DNA from: Kineococcus radiotolerans SRS30216 = ATCC BAA-149
GTDB taxonomy: Bacteria > Actinomycetota > Actinomycetes > Actinomycetales > Kineococcaceae
Reading direction: 5' to 3'
Length of the DNA: 32,000 nucleotides
Assembly: GCF_000017305.1 (NCBI RefSeq)
Contig: NC_009664.2
Coordinates: forward strand, 4,470,001 to 4,502,000
Positions 1 through 9,395 of this stretch are shown in pieces; the first letter of the stretch is position 1, and every line of letters begins with the position of its first letter. The notes under the pieces were generated by a model. It was not told the DNA's origin and did not search any database. It worked only from the letters and a program-made list of their open reading frames with translations. The position numbers were made by a program, and so were the translations under genes.

Positions 1-1
1 C

Positions 2-2074
2 AGTGACGCCACCTTCCGGGTCGGCACCGGGGGAGTGCGCGCCAACAGCATCTACGACGGCGAAACCTACGACGCGGGCCTGGAGCCCGAGGGGTGGTGC
101 GCTCCCGGCTTCGACGACTCGACGTGGCAGGCACCCACCCACCTGGACTGGCCCTCGCACACCCTGCAGGTGGCCATCACCCCACCCATCCGACGCGTCG
201 AGGAGCTCGCTGCGCTGACGGTGCTGAGCACCCCGAGTGGACGCACCGTCGTAGACTTCGGCCAGGTCTTGACCGGCTGGGTGCGCCTGCAGGTGCAGGG
301 AGACGCCGGGCGCACGATCACCCTGCGCCACGCCGAGGTGCTGACCTCCCAGGGTGAGCCGGAGTACGAGACGCTGCGCACCGCGCAGGCCACCGACCGC
401 TTCGTCCTGCGCGGCGCTGGCGTGGAGCACTTCGAGCCCCGCTTCACCTTCCACGGGTTCCGCTACGTCGAGGTGGAGGGCTGGCCCGGTGAGCTGAACC
501 CCGACGCGATGCGTGCTGTCGTCGTGCACAGCGACATGACCCGCACCGGCTGGTTCGAAAGCTCCCACGCCCTGCTGAACCGGTTGCACGAGAACGTGGT
601 GTGGTCCATGCGCGGCAACTTCGTCGGGGTACCCACCGACTGCCCTCAACGCGATGAGCGACTGGGCTGGACCGGAGACCTCAACGCCTTCGCCCCCACC
701 GCTGCCTTCCTCTACGACGTCCGCGGCGTCCTGGGCTCCTGGCTGGCCGACCTGGCCGCGGAGCAGGCGGACAAGGGGGTCGTGCCCTGGGTGGTCCCCG
801 ATGTCCTCAGCACCCCCTCCGCCCCCACAGCCCTGTGGAGCGACGTCGCCGTGAGCCTGCCGTGGACCCTGTACTGGGAACACGGCGACCTGGAGATCCT
901 GCGCCGCAGCTACCTGTCCATGTCCGCCTTCGTCCACCAGGTCGAGGCGCTGCTCGACGAGCGGGGCCTGTGGAACACCGGCTACCAGTTCGGTGACTGG
1001 CTGGACCCCGACGCCCCGCCCGAGGACGCAGCCGGCGGTAAGACGGATCGGTACCTGGTGGCCTCGGCCTACTTCTGCCGCACCACGCAGATCATGGCCC
1101 AGACCGCGGCCCTGCTGGAGCAGACCGCGGACGCCGAGCACTTCGCGGATCTGGCGCGACGCGTGCGCAGCGCCTTCCGCCACGAGTTCGTCAGCGCCTC
1201 CGGACGCCTGGTCAGCGAATCGGCCACCGCCTACTCCCTTGCCCTGTGTTTCGACCTGCTCGAGGAGGACCAGCGGCGGACCGCCGGCGACCGGCTGGCC
1301 GAGCTGGTGCGCAAGGCCGGCTACACCGTCTCCACCGGCTTCGCCGGTACCCCCCTGGTGGCCCACGCCCTCTCTGAGACCGGGCACCTGGACGCGGCCT
1401 ACTTCCTACTCACCGAGACCGACCGGCCGTCGTTCCTCTACCCCGTCACGATGGGTGCTACGACGATCTGGGAGCGGTGGGATGCGGTCCTGCCCGACGG
1501 AACGCTCAACTCCACTGGCATGACCTCGCTGAACCACTACGCGCTGGGGGCGGTCGCCAGTTGGCTGCACCGCGTCGTCGGTGGCCTGCAAGCCGAGGAA
1601 GCTGGCTACCGACGGATGCGCATCGCCCCGCAGCCCGGCCCGGGGGTCACCTCAGCCCACGTGAGCCACCAGACCGGGTACGGCACCGTAGACGTCGCAT
1701 GGGTGGTGCAGGCCGGCACGGTTTCCCTGGACGTGACCATCCCCGAGGGCACCAGAGCTCGCGTCGTCCTTCCCCTGCACCCGGACCTGACCGAGACCGA
1801 GGTGGGTGGCGGCACCCATCACTGGTCCTACCCGGCGCCGGCGGGATGGGGCGAGCGCACGATGTTCACGCTGGACACGCCGCTGAAGACCATCGCTGAC
1901 GACCCGCTCACCTGGAAGGCGGTCAGCCGGGTCTTCAAGAAGCACCTGCCCTTTCCCGTCGACGGCTCGGCGCCGGAAGCGGCAGCCATGCCGCTGCGGA
2001 CGTTGCTGGGCCTCATTCCCCACGCCTCCGCGCAGCTGCGGGACGACCTCGAGGCGGCGTTGCAGACCGTGTGA
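2..2074 (+). CDS. alpha-L-rhamnosidase (GH78), 5'-partial at window edge
   Basis: The frame is open from nt 2 (SDATFRVGTGG precedes the listed GTG at 35), so the gene starts upstream of the window. GH78 hallmarks are present: DCPQRDERLGWTGD, FHGFRYVEV, GATTIWERW. Stop TGA at 2072-2074. Confidence 0.9.
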   Translation, partial: SDATFRVGTGGVRANSIYDGETYDAGLEPEGWCAPGFDDSTWQAPTHLDWPSHTLQVAITPPIRRVEELAALTVLSTPSGRTVVDFGQVLTGWVRLQVQGDAGRTITLRHAEVLTSQGEPEYETLRTAQATDRFVLRGAGVEHFEPRFTFHGFRYVEVEGWPGELNPDAMRAVVVHSDMTRTGWFESSHALLNRLHENVVWSMRGNFVGVPTDCPQRDERLGWTGDLNAFAPTAAFLYDVRGVLGSWLADLAAEQADKGVVPWVVPDVLSTPSAPTALWSDVAVSLPWTLYWEHGDLEILRRSYLSMSAFVHQVEALLDERGLWNTGYQFGDWLDPDAPPEDAAGGKTDRYLVASAYFCRTTQIMAQTAALLEQTADAEHFADLARRVRSAFRHEFVSASGRLVSESATAYSLALCFDLLEEDQRRTAGDRLAELVRKAGYTVSTGFAGTPLVAHALSETGHLDAAYFLLTETDRPSFLYPVTMGATTIWERWDAVLPDGTLNSTGMTSLNHYALGAVASWLHRVVGGLQAEEAGYRRMRIAPQPGPGVTSAHVSHQTGYGTVDVAWVVQAGTVSLDVTIPEGTRARVVLPLHPDLTETEVGGGTHHWSYPAPAGWGERTMFTLDTPLKTIADDPLTWKAVSRVFKKHLPFPVDGSAPEAAAMPLRTLLGLIPHASAQLRDDLEAALQTV

Positions 2075-2100
2075 GGTCGCCACGCACGCCATCGAGGTCC

Positions 2101-2120
2101 GGCGCACCACGCGGTGCGCC
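2101..2120 (+). terminator. GC hairpin between the GH78 and GH43 genes (weak terminator or stabilising stem-loop)
   Basis: GGCGCACC-acgc-GGTGCGCC: perfect 8-bp stem, 4-nt loop, followed by TTCGTCG. It lies 27 nt after the GH78 stop. Confidence 0.3.
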
Positions 2121-2172
2121 TTCGTCGCCCTCCACCCGCGTCACGTCCCCCGACCCAGGAGCCGCCGACACC

Positions 2173-3933
2173 ATGCACACGCCGATCATCCCCGGGTTCT
2201 ACCCCGACCCCTCCATCTGCCGCGTCGGCCAGACCTATTACACGGCGCACTCCAGCTTCGAGTACGTCCCCGGGGTGCCCCTGTTCAGCAGCACCGACCT
2301 GGTGACCTGGACACAGGTCGGCAACGCCCTGGTCCGCTCCGCTCAGCTGACCCCCAGCGCAGGCAGCGCCAACAGCGGTGTCTACGCCCCCACGTTGCGC
2401 CACGGTCGGGGGAAGTTCTGGCTCGTCACCACTGACGTCGCGCAGATGACGCGTGGGCACTTCATCGTCTCCGCCCACGACCCGGCCGGTCCCTGGTCCG
2501 ACGCGGTCTTCGTCGAGGGGGCCTTGGGCGTCGACCCGGACCTGATGTGGGACGACGACGGCGTCTGCCACCTGACGTGGAAGTCTTTCGACGTACGCTG
2601 CCCGGGCATCGTCAGTGCCGTCGTCGACCCCGAGGCCGGGCGCCTGCTCACCGAGCCGATCCCGCTGTGGCAGGGACTCGGGTTGCAGGCCCCGGAGGGA
2701 CCGCACCTGTACCGCATCGACGGCTGGTGGTACCTGTTGCTGGCCGAAGGCGGCACCGAACGCGGTCACGCCGTCACCATGGCCCGCGCGCGCGACCTGC
2801 ACGGACCGTGGCAGGAGGCGCCGGTCAATCCGGTCCTGACCCACCGCAGCACTGAGCACCCGGTGCAGAACGTCGGCCACGCCGACCTGGTGCAACGCCC
2901 GGACGGGTCCTGGGCGATGGTGTTCCACGGCGTCCGTGCCCGTGGGCAGAGCCCGTTGTTTCACGTCAACGGACGCGAGACGTTCATTGCCGGCCTGGAG
3001 TGGGTCGACGGTTGGCCCCGCATCGACGAGGACGCCTTCACCGTCCCCGTCCGCGACCACTCCTTCACCGACCGCTTCGAGGCCGTCGAGCTGGACCGGC
3101 GTTGGGTCGCTCCCGGGGTGGCCCCCGCCACCTTCACCCGGAGCACCCCCAACGGGCTGCACATCGACAGCCAGGCCGCCCCCGCGGCGACGGCGTTGCT
3201 GGCGGTGCGCCCCCGTGACCCGGAATGGACCGTCCAGGTCCGCCTTCGCGTGCAGGGCAGCTGCCGCGTCCTGGTCCGCATGGACGCCGACCGCTGGTAC
3301 GGGCTGAGCATCGACGAGCGCGGCACGGAAGCGACCTTGGCCATCGGCCCCGCCGTCGCCACCGTCGGGCGCATCGACCACCCCGAGCCCCCCACGAGCT
3401 CGAACAGCACGACAGCAGCAGGCAGCGCAGTTCCTGGCCGCGGTGCCGAGGTCACCGTGCGCATCAGCGCCCGGGCTGCGGCAGGCGGTGGGTTCGGTGT
3501 CTCCGGAGAACCGGACCACCTCGAGCTGGCGGCGCTGGAACCCGACGGTGTCGAACGCGTCTTCGGCTCCTTCGAAGGCCGCTACCTCTCCACCGAGGTC
3601 GCCGGCGGCTTCACCGGACGCGTCGTGGGGGTCGAGGTCCTGCACGGCAGCGCGACGGTCCGCGAATTCACCTACCGCACCGACGACGCGGCGTCCGCCC
3701 CGGCATCTCCTGGGATGCGCTACAACCTCGCAGTGACCACGTTGCACACCCTCATGGACGACCCCGAAGCACACGCGATCCTCCAAGAGCTCATGCCCGA
3801 CTTGCTCGTGCACCCGTTGCTGCACCTCATCCGCGAGGTGCCCGCGCAAAGCCTCCTGCGGGGAGGGCAGGAAGTACCTGAGCAGCTCGCTGACGACGTA
3901 CTTCAGCGTCTGCAGGCTCTGCCCGCAGGATGA
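2173..3933 (+). CDS. GH43 beta-xylosidase / alpha-L-arabinofuranosidase-type hydrolase with C-terminal beta-sandwich domain
   Basis: ATG at 2173 is preceded by AGGAG (2157-2161). The N-terminus MHTPIIPGFYPDPSICRVGQTYYTAHSSFEYVPGVPLFSSTDLVTW is a typical GH43 propeller start, and EGPHLYRIDGWWYLLLAEGGTE is also typical. The 34 codons upstream in the track ORF (from 2071) look like a non-coding extension. No signal peptide. Confidence 0.9.
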   Translation: MHTPIIPGFYPDPSICRVGQTYYTAHSSFEYVPGVPLFSSTDLVTWTQVGNALVRSAQLTPSAGSANSGVYAPTLRHGRGKFWLVTTDVAQMTRGHFIVSAHDPAGPWSDAVFVEGALGVDPDLMWDDDGVCHLTWKSFDVRCPGIVSAVVDPEAGRLLTEPIPLWQGLGLQAPEGPHLYRIDGWWYLLLAEGGTERGHAVTMARARDLHGPWQEAPVNPVLTHRSTEHPVQNVGHADLVQRPDGSWAMVFHGVRARGQSPLFHVNGRETFIAGLEWVDGWPRIDEDAFTVPVRDHSFTDRFEAVELDRRWVAPGVAPATFTRSTPNGLHIDSQAAPAATALLAVRPRDPEWTVQVRLRVQGSCRVLVRMDADRWYGLSIDERGTEATLAIGPAVATVGRIDHPEPPTSSNSTTAAGSAVPGRGAEVTVRISARAAAGGGFGVSGEPDHLELAALEPDGVERVFGSFEGRYLSTEVAGGFTGRVVGVEVLHGSATVREFTYRTDDAASAPASPGMRYNLAVTTLHTLMDDPEAHAILQELMPDLLVHPLLHLIREVPAQSLLRGGQEVPEQLADDVLQRLQALPAG

Positions 3934-4104
3934 CCCCGATACCCCCCGGGCACTGACCGACGCTCTGGATCGCGCCCGGAGTCGGGCCAGGCACCGATGA
4001 CGTCCGGCCCGGATCCTCTGGCCTCTTCCGCCGCGCCGCCTCAAAAGAGCGGCCGGCGGCCGAACAAGGTGCGAGTGAGAGTCGACCTGGTCGGTGCTCC
4101 GCGA

Positions 4105-4153
4105 ACGTCAGCCCCTCGCCCGGCGGTGGACCCACCGGGCGAGGGGCTGACGT
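4105..4153. terminator. bidirectional intrinsic-terminator-like hairpin between convergent GH43 and GH3 genes
   Basis: ACGTCAGCCCCTCGCCCGG (4105-4123) and CCGGGCGAGGGGCTGACGT (4135-4153) form a perfect 19-bp stem with an 11-nt loop. It sits 21 nt beyond the GH3 stop (4174) and 172 nt beyond the GH43 stop. There is no U-tract, which is common in high-GC actinobacteria. Confidence 0.55.
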
Positions 4154-4173
4154 GCCCGGTCAGGACGAGGCGG

Positions 4174-6981
4174 TCAAGCGCGGGCAGTGCCTCCTGCGCG
4201 CGTGCGCTCGACGAGGTCAGCGACCATGGCCTCGGTGAAGCGTCCGCCGCTGTAGCCGGCCATCTGCGCCAGCGTCAGGCCGTACGCGTCGGTCAAGACG
4301 CCGTCGCTGTCCTCGCCCTCCTCGCCGAGGCCGAGCAGGGCGCGTAGGAGGCCTCCGCCGACGGGGTGCTCCAGCCACTCCAGCACCGTGTCCTCGGCGG
4401 TGATGACCGGCACCGGCCTACGCAAGGCGCCGCCTCCCCCGGCCCGCGCGGCGCGTGCCGCGACGTCCGAGTCGATGTCCGGGTCGATGTCGGCGACGCT
4501 GACGGTGCAGCTGAGTGCTCGATCCGGACCCGGCCGGTCCACGGGGCCGGTGAGCAGAGCTGAAGCACGCAGAGGGGTCTTCACCGACGACCCGCCGACG
4601 AAGAACTTCACGGTGCCCGGCTCCACGACCCACCCCTCCTGCAGGTCCCACAGGGCGAACAGGCTCGCCGGGACCTGCACCGAGACCCGTGTCGCGGCTC
4701 CGGCCTCCAGGTGCAGGCGCTGGAAAGCCAGGAGCTTGCGCGCTGGTCGTGCGGTGCGGGCCACCACGTCCTGCCCGTAGACCTGCACCACCTCCTCTCC
4801 GGCGCGCTGCCCGACGTTGGCGACGGTGAACGACAGGTTGAGCGTCGCGCCGGTGGTGGCCTCCTGGTCCACCTCCAGGTCGCGGTACTCGAAGCTGGTG
4901 TAGCTCAGCCCATGGCCGAAGCCGAAGACCGCCCTGGCCGGACCCTCCACGTAGGAGGGAGGTGCCTGCAAGGTGCGCCAGTAGGGCAGGGGCGCTGACC
5001 CCACGGACTCCAGGAACGCAATCGGCAGGCGCCCGGCGGGGTTGACGTCGCCGAAGAGGACCGAGGCCAGGGCGTTGCCGGCTTCCTCCCCGCCGAAGAA
5101 GCACGTCACGACGGCCGGCACCGACTGCGCCAGCCACTTCAAGGTGTAGGGGCGGCCGTGGCTGAGGACGACGGCGGTCGGGGTGCCGGTGGCGACCACG
5201 GCTTCCACCAGGGCCTGCTGCACCGGCGGTAGCTCGCAGGTGGAGCTGTCCAGCCCCTCCCCGACGTTGCCGAAGCCGTTGATACCGGCCTGGTCGCCGA
5301 CGACGAGAACCGCCACGTCGGCGCGGGTGGCCGCCGCCACGGCCGCAGCGAATCCTGAGCGGTCATCACGCACCACCGGGCACCCGGCCTCGTACAGGAC
5401 CTCACCTTCAGCGCGGGCGCGGATGCCTTCCAGGAACGTCACCACCGGCACCGACTCCACCAGCAGACGCGCATCGTCGGCCCCGGTTCGCCCGGCCAGC
5501 CCTTCGACGTCCTCGGCTCGGGCGGTGGGGTCTGCGGCCAGGGCGAAGCGGCGGGTGATGCTGTCCAGCACGTGGTAGCTGTAGTGGCCCAGCTGTCCCA
5601 GGGGGCGGTCGGCGTTGGGGCCGATGACCGCGATGGTTCCCACACCGGGGTCCAGGGGCAGCAGGGGAGCGCCGTTCGCCAGTCCAGCAGCGGGTCCAGC
5701 AGCGGGTCCAGCAGCGGGTCCAGCGCGGAACCTGTCGACCGGATCGTTCTGCAGCAGAACCACCGACTTTTCCGCCACGGTGCGCGCTAGCGCCCGCTCG
5801 GGAGCGGTGTCCAGGCTCTCCGGCACGGCGTCGAGGTCGACGTAGGGCCGTTCGAACAAGCCCAGCTCGACCTTGGCCCGCAGGATCGTGCTCACCGCCC
5901 GGTCCAGGTCGGCGCTGGGCAGCAGTCCGGAGCGGACTGCCTCCTGCAGGGCCTGGGAGGAGACCCGGTTGTCGAGGTCGAGGTCAACTCCGGCCGAGAC
6001 CGCCCGGGCCAGGGCCTCGGGCGCGGTGGCGGCGACGTGGTGCTTGGAGTGCAGTTGCCCCACCGCCGCGAGGTCCGAGATCACCAGGCCGTCGAAGCCG
6101 AGCTCCCCGCGCAGCAGGTCATTGAGGTAGGCCCGCGAGCCGGTCACTGGTTCACCGTCGATGTCGTTGTAGGAGGGCATCACCCCCTTGGCCCCGCCCT
6201 CGCGGATCGCCATCTCGAAGGGCAGCGCGTGCACCTCGCGCACCTCCCGCGGTCCCAGCGGGGCGGGCTCGGTATTGCGTCCTCCTGCGCTGGCGCTGTA
6301 GCCGAGGAAGTGCTTCAAGGTCGCGATCAGCGGGGTGGTCTCGTCCGCGCCCTGCAGGCCACGGACAAAGGCGGCGGCCATCGAGCCCACCAGCTGCGGC
6401 TCCTCGCCGTAGGTCTCTTCCACCCGGCCCCAGCGCGGGTCGCGCGCGACGTCAGCCAGGGGGGACAGGGCCTGCCGCACACCGAGACGGGTCATCTGCA
6501 CACCGATGGTGCGCCCGACCTGCTCGATCAGCTGCGGGTCCCAGGTGGCGGCCTGGGCGATGGCGTCGGGGAAGGTCGTGGCGTCACGGACCTTCAGGCC
6601 GAGCAGGGCCTCCTCGGCCAGCAGCACCGGGATGCCGAGACGTGTCTGCTCGACGTGTTTGCGCTGCAACTCATTAGCTCGTTCCGCGGTCTCACGCGGG
6701 GGCAGACCGAGGGTGCACAGCCCAGCCACCACGCACCCCCAGCCGGTAGCGGGCGGAGTGTGGACGTCGACGGCTGAGCCGAACGGTGCGGCGAGCTGCG
6801 CGACCTTCTCCTCCAGCGTCATGCGACTCAACAAGTCAGCCACGCGCTCGCCGGCCGGCAGGGAAGGATCACGGTAGGGCATCGCGGTGGTGGCAGCGGA
6901 GGTCGTCAAGGGTGCCGTCACTGAAGTGGGCACAGCGGGCGGGGCGGTAGAGACAGCGCCGGAGGCTGCGGGGTCGCTCAC
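4174..6981 (-). CDS. GH3 beta-glucosidase-type hydrolase (BglX-like, with Fn3-like domain and C-terminal tail)
   Basis: GH3 motifs: RMTLEEKVAQL, GRNTEP, PSYNDIDGEP, GLVISDLAAV (nucleophile Asp region), IAVIGPNADRP, LSYTSFEY. The start is uncertain. GTG at 6981 has the best RBS (GAAAGGA, 5-nt spacer). ATG at 6882 (MPYRDPSL...) and the track GTG at 7014 are alternatives. No signal peptide. Confidence 0.88.
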   Translation of the reverse strand: MSDPAASGAVSTAPPAVPTSVTAPLTTSAATTAMPYRDPSLPAGERVADLLSRMTLEEKVAQLAAPFGSAVDVHTPPATGWGCVVAGLCTLGLPPRETAERANELQRKHVEQTRLGIPVLLAEEALLGLKVRDATTFPDAIAQAATWDPQLIEQVGRTIGVQMTRLGVRQALSPLADVARDPRWGRVEETYGEEPQLVGSMAAAFVRGLQGADETTPLIATLKHFLGYSASAGGRNTEPAPLGPREVREVHALPFEMAIREGGAKGVMPSYNDIDGEPVTGSRAYLNDLLRGELGFDGLVISDLAAVGQLHSKHHVAATAPEALARAVSAGVDLDLDNRVSSQALQEAVRSGLLPSADLDRAVSTILRAKVELGLFERPYVDLDAVPESLDTAPERALARTVAEKSVVLLQNDPVDRFRAGPAAGPAAGPAAGLANGAPLLPLDPGVGTIAVIGPNADRPLGQLGHYSYHVLDSITRRFALAADPTARAEDVEGLAGRTGADDARLLVESVPVVTFLEGIRARAEGEVLYEAGCPVVRDDRSGFAAAVAAATRADVAVLVVGDQAGINGFGNVGEGLDSSTCELPPVQQALVEAVVATGTPTAVVLSHGRPYTLKWLAQSVPAVVTCFFGGEEAGNALASVLFGDVNPAGRLPIAFLESVGSAPLPYWRTLQAPPSYVEGPARAVFGFGHGLSYTSFEYRDLEVDQEATTGATLNLSFTVANVGQRAGEEVVQVYGQDVVARTARPARKLLAFQRLHLEAGAATRVSVQVPASLFALWDLQEGWVVEPGTVKFFVGGSSVKTPLRASALLTGPVDRPGPDRALSCTVSVADIDPDIDSDVAARAARAGGGGALRRPVPVITAEDTVLEWLEHPVGGGLLRALLGLGEEGEDSDGVLTDAYGLTLAQMAGYSGGRFTEAMVADLVERTRAGGTARA
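5682..5724. repeat. 12-bp tandem repeat (GTCCAGCAGCGG x3 plus a partial copy) inside the GH3 CDS
   Basis: Three perfect 12-bp units at 5682-5717 and a 7-nt partial copy. In frame on the minus strand they encode AGPAAGPAAGPAAG, inserted in the loop before the conserved LPL motif. Confidence 0.9.
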
Positions 6982-7145
6982 AAAAGTCCTTTCATCGGCC
7001 GAGGCACTCAGCACGTGGTGATTCAGGGGCGGGTGGGCGTGACGGGTGGGAGTGACGGCTGGGTGGGGTAGGAGAGGACGGCAAGGGGGGACGCGTCGTG
7101 CATGGGTTCTTGGCGCGAGTGACCCTGTCGCGAGAGCTTCCGTGC

Positions 7146-9395
7146 TCAGCGGGTGGTGTCGCTCAGTGCTGCAAGGCGCTCAGCTGGCACGTCGAGCCCG
7201 GAGATGGTGACGAACTGGCGCATCGTCATGGATCGAACCATCAGCAGGTGCTCCGCGGAGATCACCGCCTGGCCGAATCCCAGCAGGCTCAGGGTCCGCT
7301 CACCGATGTGCGGGTGGTCCAGCCAGTCACCGACGGTGGAGTCCAGACCCACCTCGCGGGCCACGACGTCGCCGCTCAGCTCGATCACGGACTCGGTAAG
7401 GACGGTAGCGGCGTCAGCGCACACCTGCACCGCGTAGGTGCCGGGTGCCACGACCCAGGCGTCGACGTCGACGTCCCAGTAGGCGAACGCCCGGCGCGGT
7501 AGCTCCAGGCGCACCGTGCGGGTCTCTCCGGCCTGCAGCGCGATCTTGGTGAAAGCTCGCAGCTCACGGACTGGCCGGCGTACCGGCCCAGCTACGGTGG
7601 ACACATAGACCTGGACCACGTGCTGACCGGCCACGTCGCCGCTGTTGCGCACCTGCACGCTGAGCGCGGCGGTATCAGGACCGGTGACCTGCACGTCCAG
7701 GGCCGTCGTGTCGAAAGTGGTGTAGGACAGGCCGTACCCGAAGGGGTAGCGGAGGGGGGTGTCGAAGGTAGTGAACTGCCGGTAGCCGACGAACACGCCC
7801 TCGCCGTAGCGCACGTGCCCCTGCTCGCCGGGGAAGTTCAAGACACTGGCGTGGTCGGCCAGGCGCAGCGGGATGCTTTCGGCCAGGTGACCCGAGGGGT
7901 TGCGCAGCCCGAACAGCAGTTCGGCGACCGCCCGGCCCCCGCCTTGACCCAGCACGAAGGTCTCCAACACCGCCTGCACCTCATCGTGCCAGCCCTCCAA
8001 GGACACGATACCCCCGTTGGAGAGCACCACCACGGTACGTGGCGCCACCTGAGCGACTGCCCGGATCACCTCGACCTGGTCTCGGGGAAGGTCAAGGTCG
8101 ACCCGGTCCACTCCCTCGGACTCTCGGCGCTCGCTGAGCCCGGCGAAGACCACTGCGACATCGGCGGCGGCCGCGGCCTCGATGGCCTCGGCGAGCAGGT
8201 GCTCGGGGCTGGGCTGGTCCAGCAGGTACCCGCTGGCGTAGGTGACGTCGCTGCCGCGCTGCTGGGCGAGCAGTCGGATTTCCTCCAGAGGGACGTCGAT
8301 GCGGTAGGGGTTGACGTGGGCGCTGCCCCCGCCCTGCAACCGCGGCTCGCCCGCCAGGTGACCGATGACCGCGATGCGTCCCCCCGGCGACAACGGCAAG
8401 GTGGCGTCCTCGTTGCGCAGCAACACTGCGCACTGAGCGGCCAGGTCGCGGGCCAAGTCGTGGTGGGCTTCCACGTCGACGTACCCCGGCCGGTCCAGGT
8501 CATCGGCGCGCCAGCGGTCCAAACCCGCCACTCGGGCAGCGCTGCGGTCCACCACGGCTTCGTCCAGGGCCCCGGACCGTACGGCCTGCAAGACCTCCTC
8601 GTCGCGACCCGCGCTGCCCCCGGGCATCTCCAGGTCCAAGCCGGCGCGCAGAGCAGCGACACGATCGACGATGCCGTTCCAGTCGGAGAGGACGACACCA
8701 TCGAAGCCCCACTCCTGGCGCAGCACCTGAGTCAGCAGCCAGTGGTTCTGGGAGGCGAAGACACCGTTGATCTTGTTGTAAGCGGCCATCACCGTCGCCG
8801 GCTGCGCCTCACGCACGACGCGCTCGAAGGCCGGCAGGTAGATCTCGCGCAAGGTCCGGTCATCCACTTCGGCGGAGATGGTCTGGCGGTTGGTCTCCTG
8901 GTTGTTCGCGGCGAAGTGCTTCACCGACACCCCCACTCCCTGGGCCTGGACGTGCTTCGCGAAGGCCGCACCCAACACCCCCGACAGCAGGGGATCCTCG
9001 GAGTAGTACTCGAAGTTGCGTCCACACAGAGGTGAGCGCTTGATGTTCACCCCCGGTCCCAGCACTACATCCACTCCCTGCACGGCGGCCTCCCACCCCA
9101 GGGCCGTACCCAGCCGGGAGGCGAGCTTCGGGTCCCAGCTGCTACCGACCGCGACCGCCGGCGGGAAGCAGGTGGCCGGATCGCTCTCGAACATCGCCAA
9201 GTGGTCGTGACGACCAGACTGGTGGCGCAACCCGTTGGGTCCATCCGCGGTCCGCACCCCCCGAACCCCGGCCTCCGGCAGGTCCTCGGTAGCCCAGAAA
9301 TCACGACCAGACAGCAGACGCACCTTGCGGGCGAGGTCCACCTGCGCGATTCGATCGACGGGACTCTGCAGGCTCTCAACCTCGATGTCCATCAC
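7146..9395 (-). CDS. GH3 beta-glucosidase (cytoplasmic type)
   Basis: ATG-ATG start at 9395/9392 is preceded by GGAAGGAG. Motifs: LLSGRDFWAT, ADGPNGLR, KHFAANNQE, MAAYNKINGV, GVVLSDW (nucleophile region), IAVIGHLA, GYGLSYTTF. No signal peptide. Confidence 0.92.
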   Translation of the reverse strand: MMDIEVESLQSPVDRIAQVDLARKVRLLSGRDFWATEDLPEAGVRGVRTADGPNGLRHQSGRHDHLAMFESDPATCFPPAVAVGSSWDPKLASRLGTALGWEAAVQGVDVVLGPGVNIKRSPLCGRNFEYYSEDPLLSGVLGAAFAKHVQAQGVGVSVKHFAANNQETNRQTISAEVDDRTLREIYLPAFERVVREAQPATVMAAYNKINGVFASQNHWLLTQVLRQEWGFDGVVLSDWNGIVDRVAALRAGLDLEMPGGSAGRDEEVLQAVRSGALDEAVVDRSAARVAGLDRWRADDLDRPGYVDVEAHHDLARDLAAQCAVLLRNEDATLPLSPGGRIAVIGHLAGEPRLQGGGSAHVNPYRIDVPLEEIRLLAQQRGSDVTYASGYLLDQPSPEHLLAEAIEAAAAADVAVVFAGLSERRESEGVDRVDLDLPRDQVEVIRAVAQVAPRTVVVLSNGGIVSLEGWHDEVQAVLETFVLGQGGGRAVAELLFGLRNPSGHLAESIPLRLADHASVLNFPGEQGHVRYGEGVFVGYRQFTTFDTPLRYPFGYGLSYTTFDTTALDVQVTGPDTAALSVQVRNSGDVAGQHVVQVYVSTVAGPVRRPVRELRAFTKIALQAGETRTVRLELPRRAFAYWDVDVDAWVVAPGTYAVQVCADAATVLTESVIELSGDVVAREVGLDSTVGDWLDHPHIGERTLSLLGFGQAVISAEHLLMVRSMTMRQFVTISGLDVPAERLAALSDTTR

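Noticed and set aside
1828-4044. A 738-aa minus-strand ORF. Similar long ORFs: 7620..9035 (+), 12597..13643 (-), 13653..14849 (-), 21962..23149 (-), 23097..24314 (-), 31053..31988 (-).
   Set aside because: They lie antisense to genes with clear family motifs. Their translations are Arg/Gly/Pro/Ala-rich with no recognisable domains. Stop-free antisense frames are expected at this G+C content.
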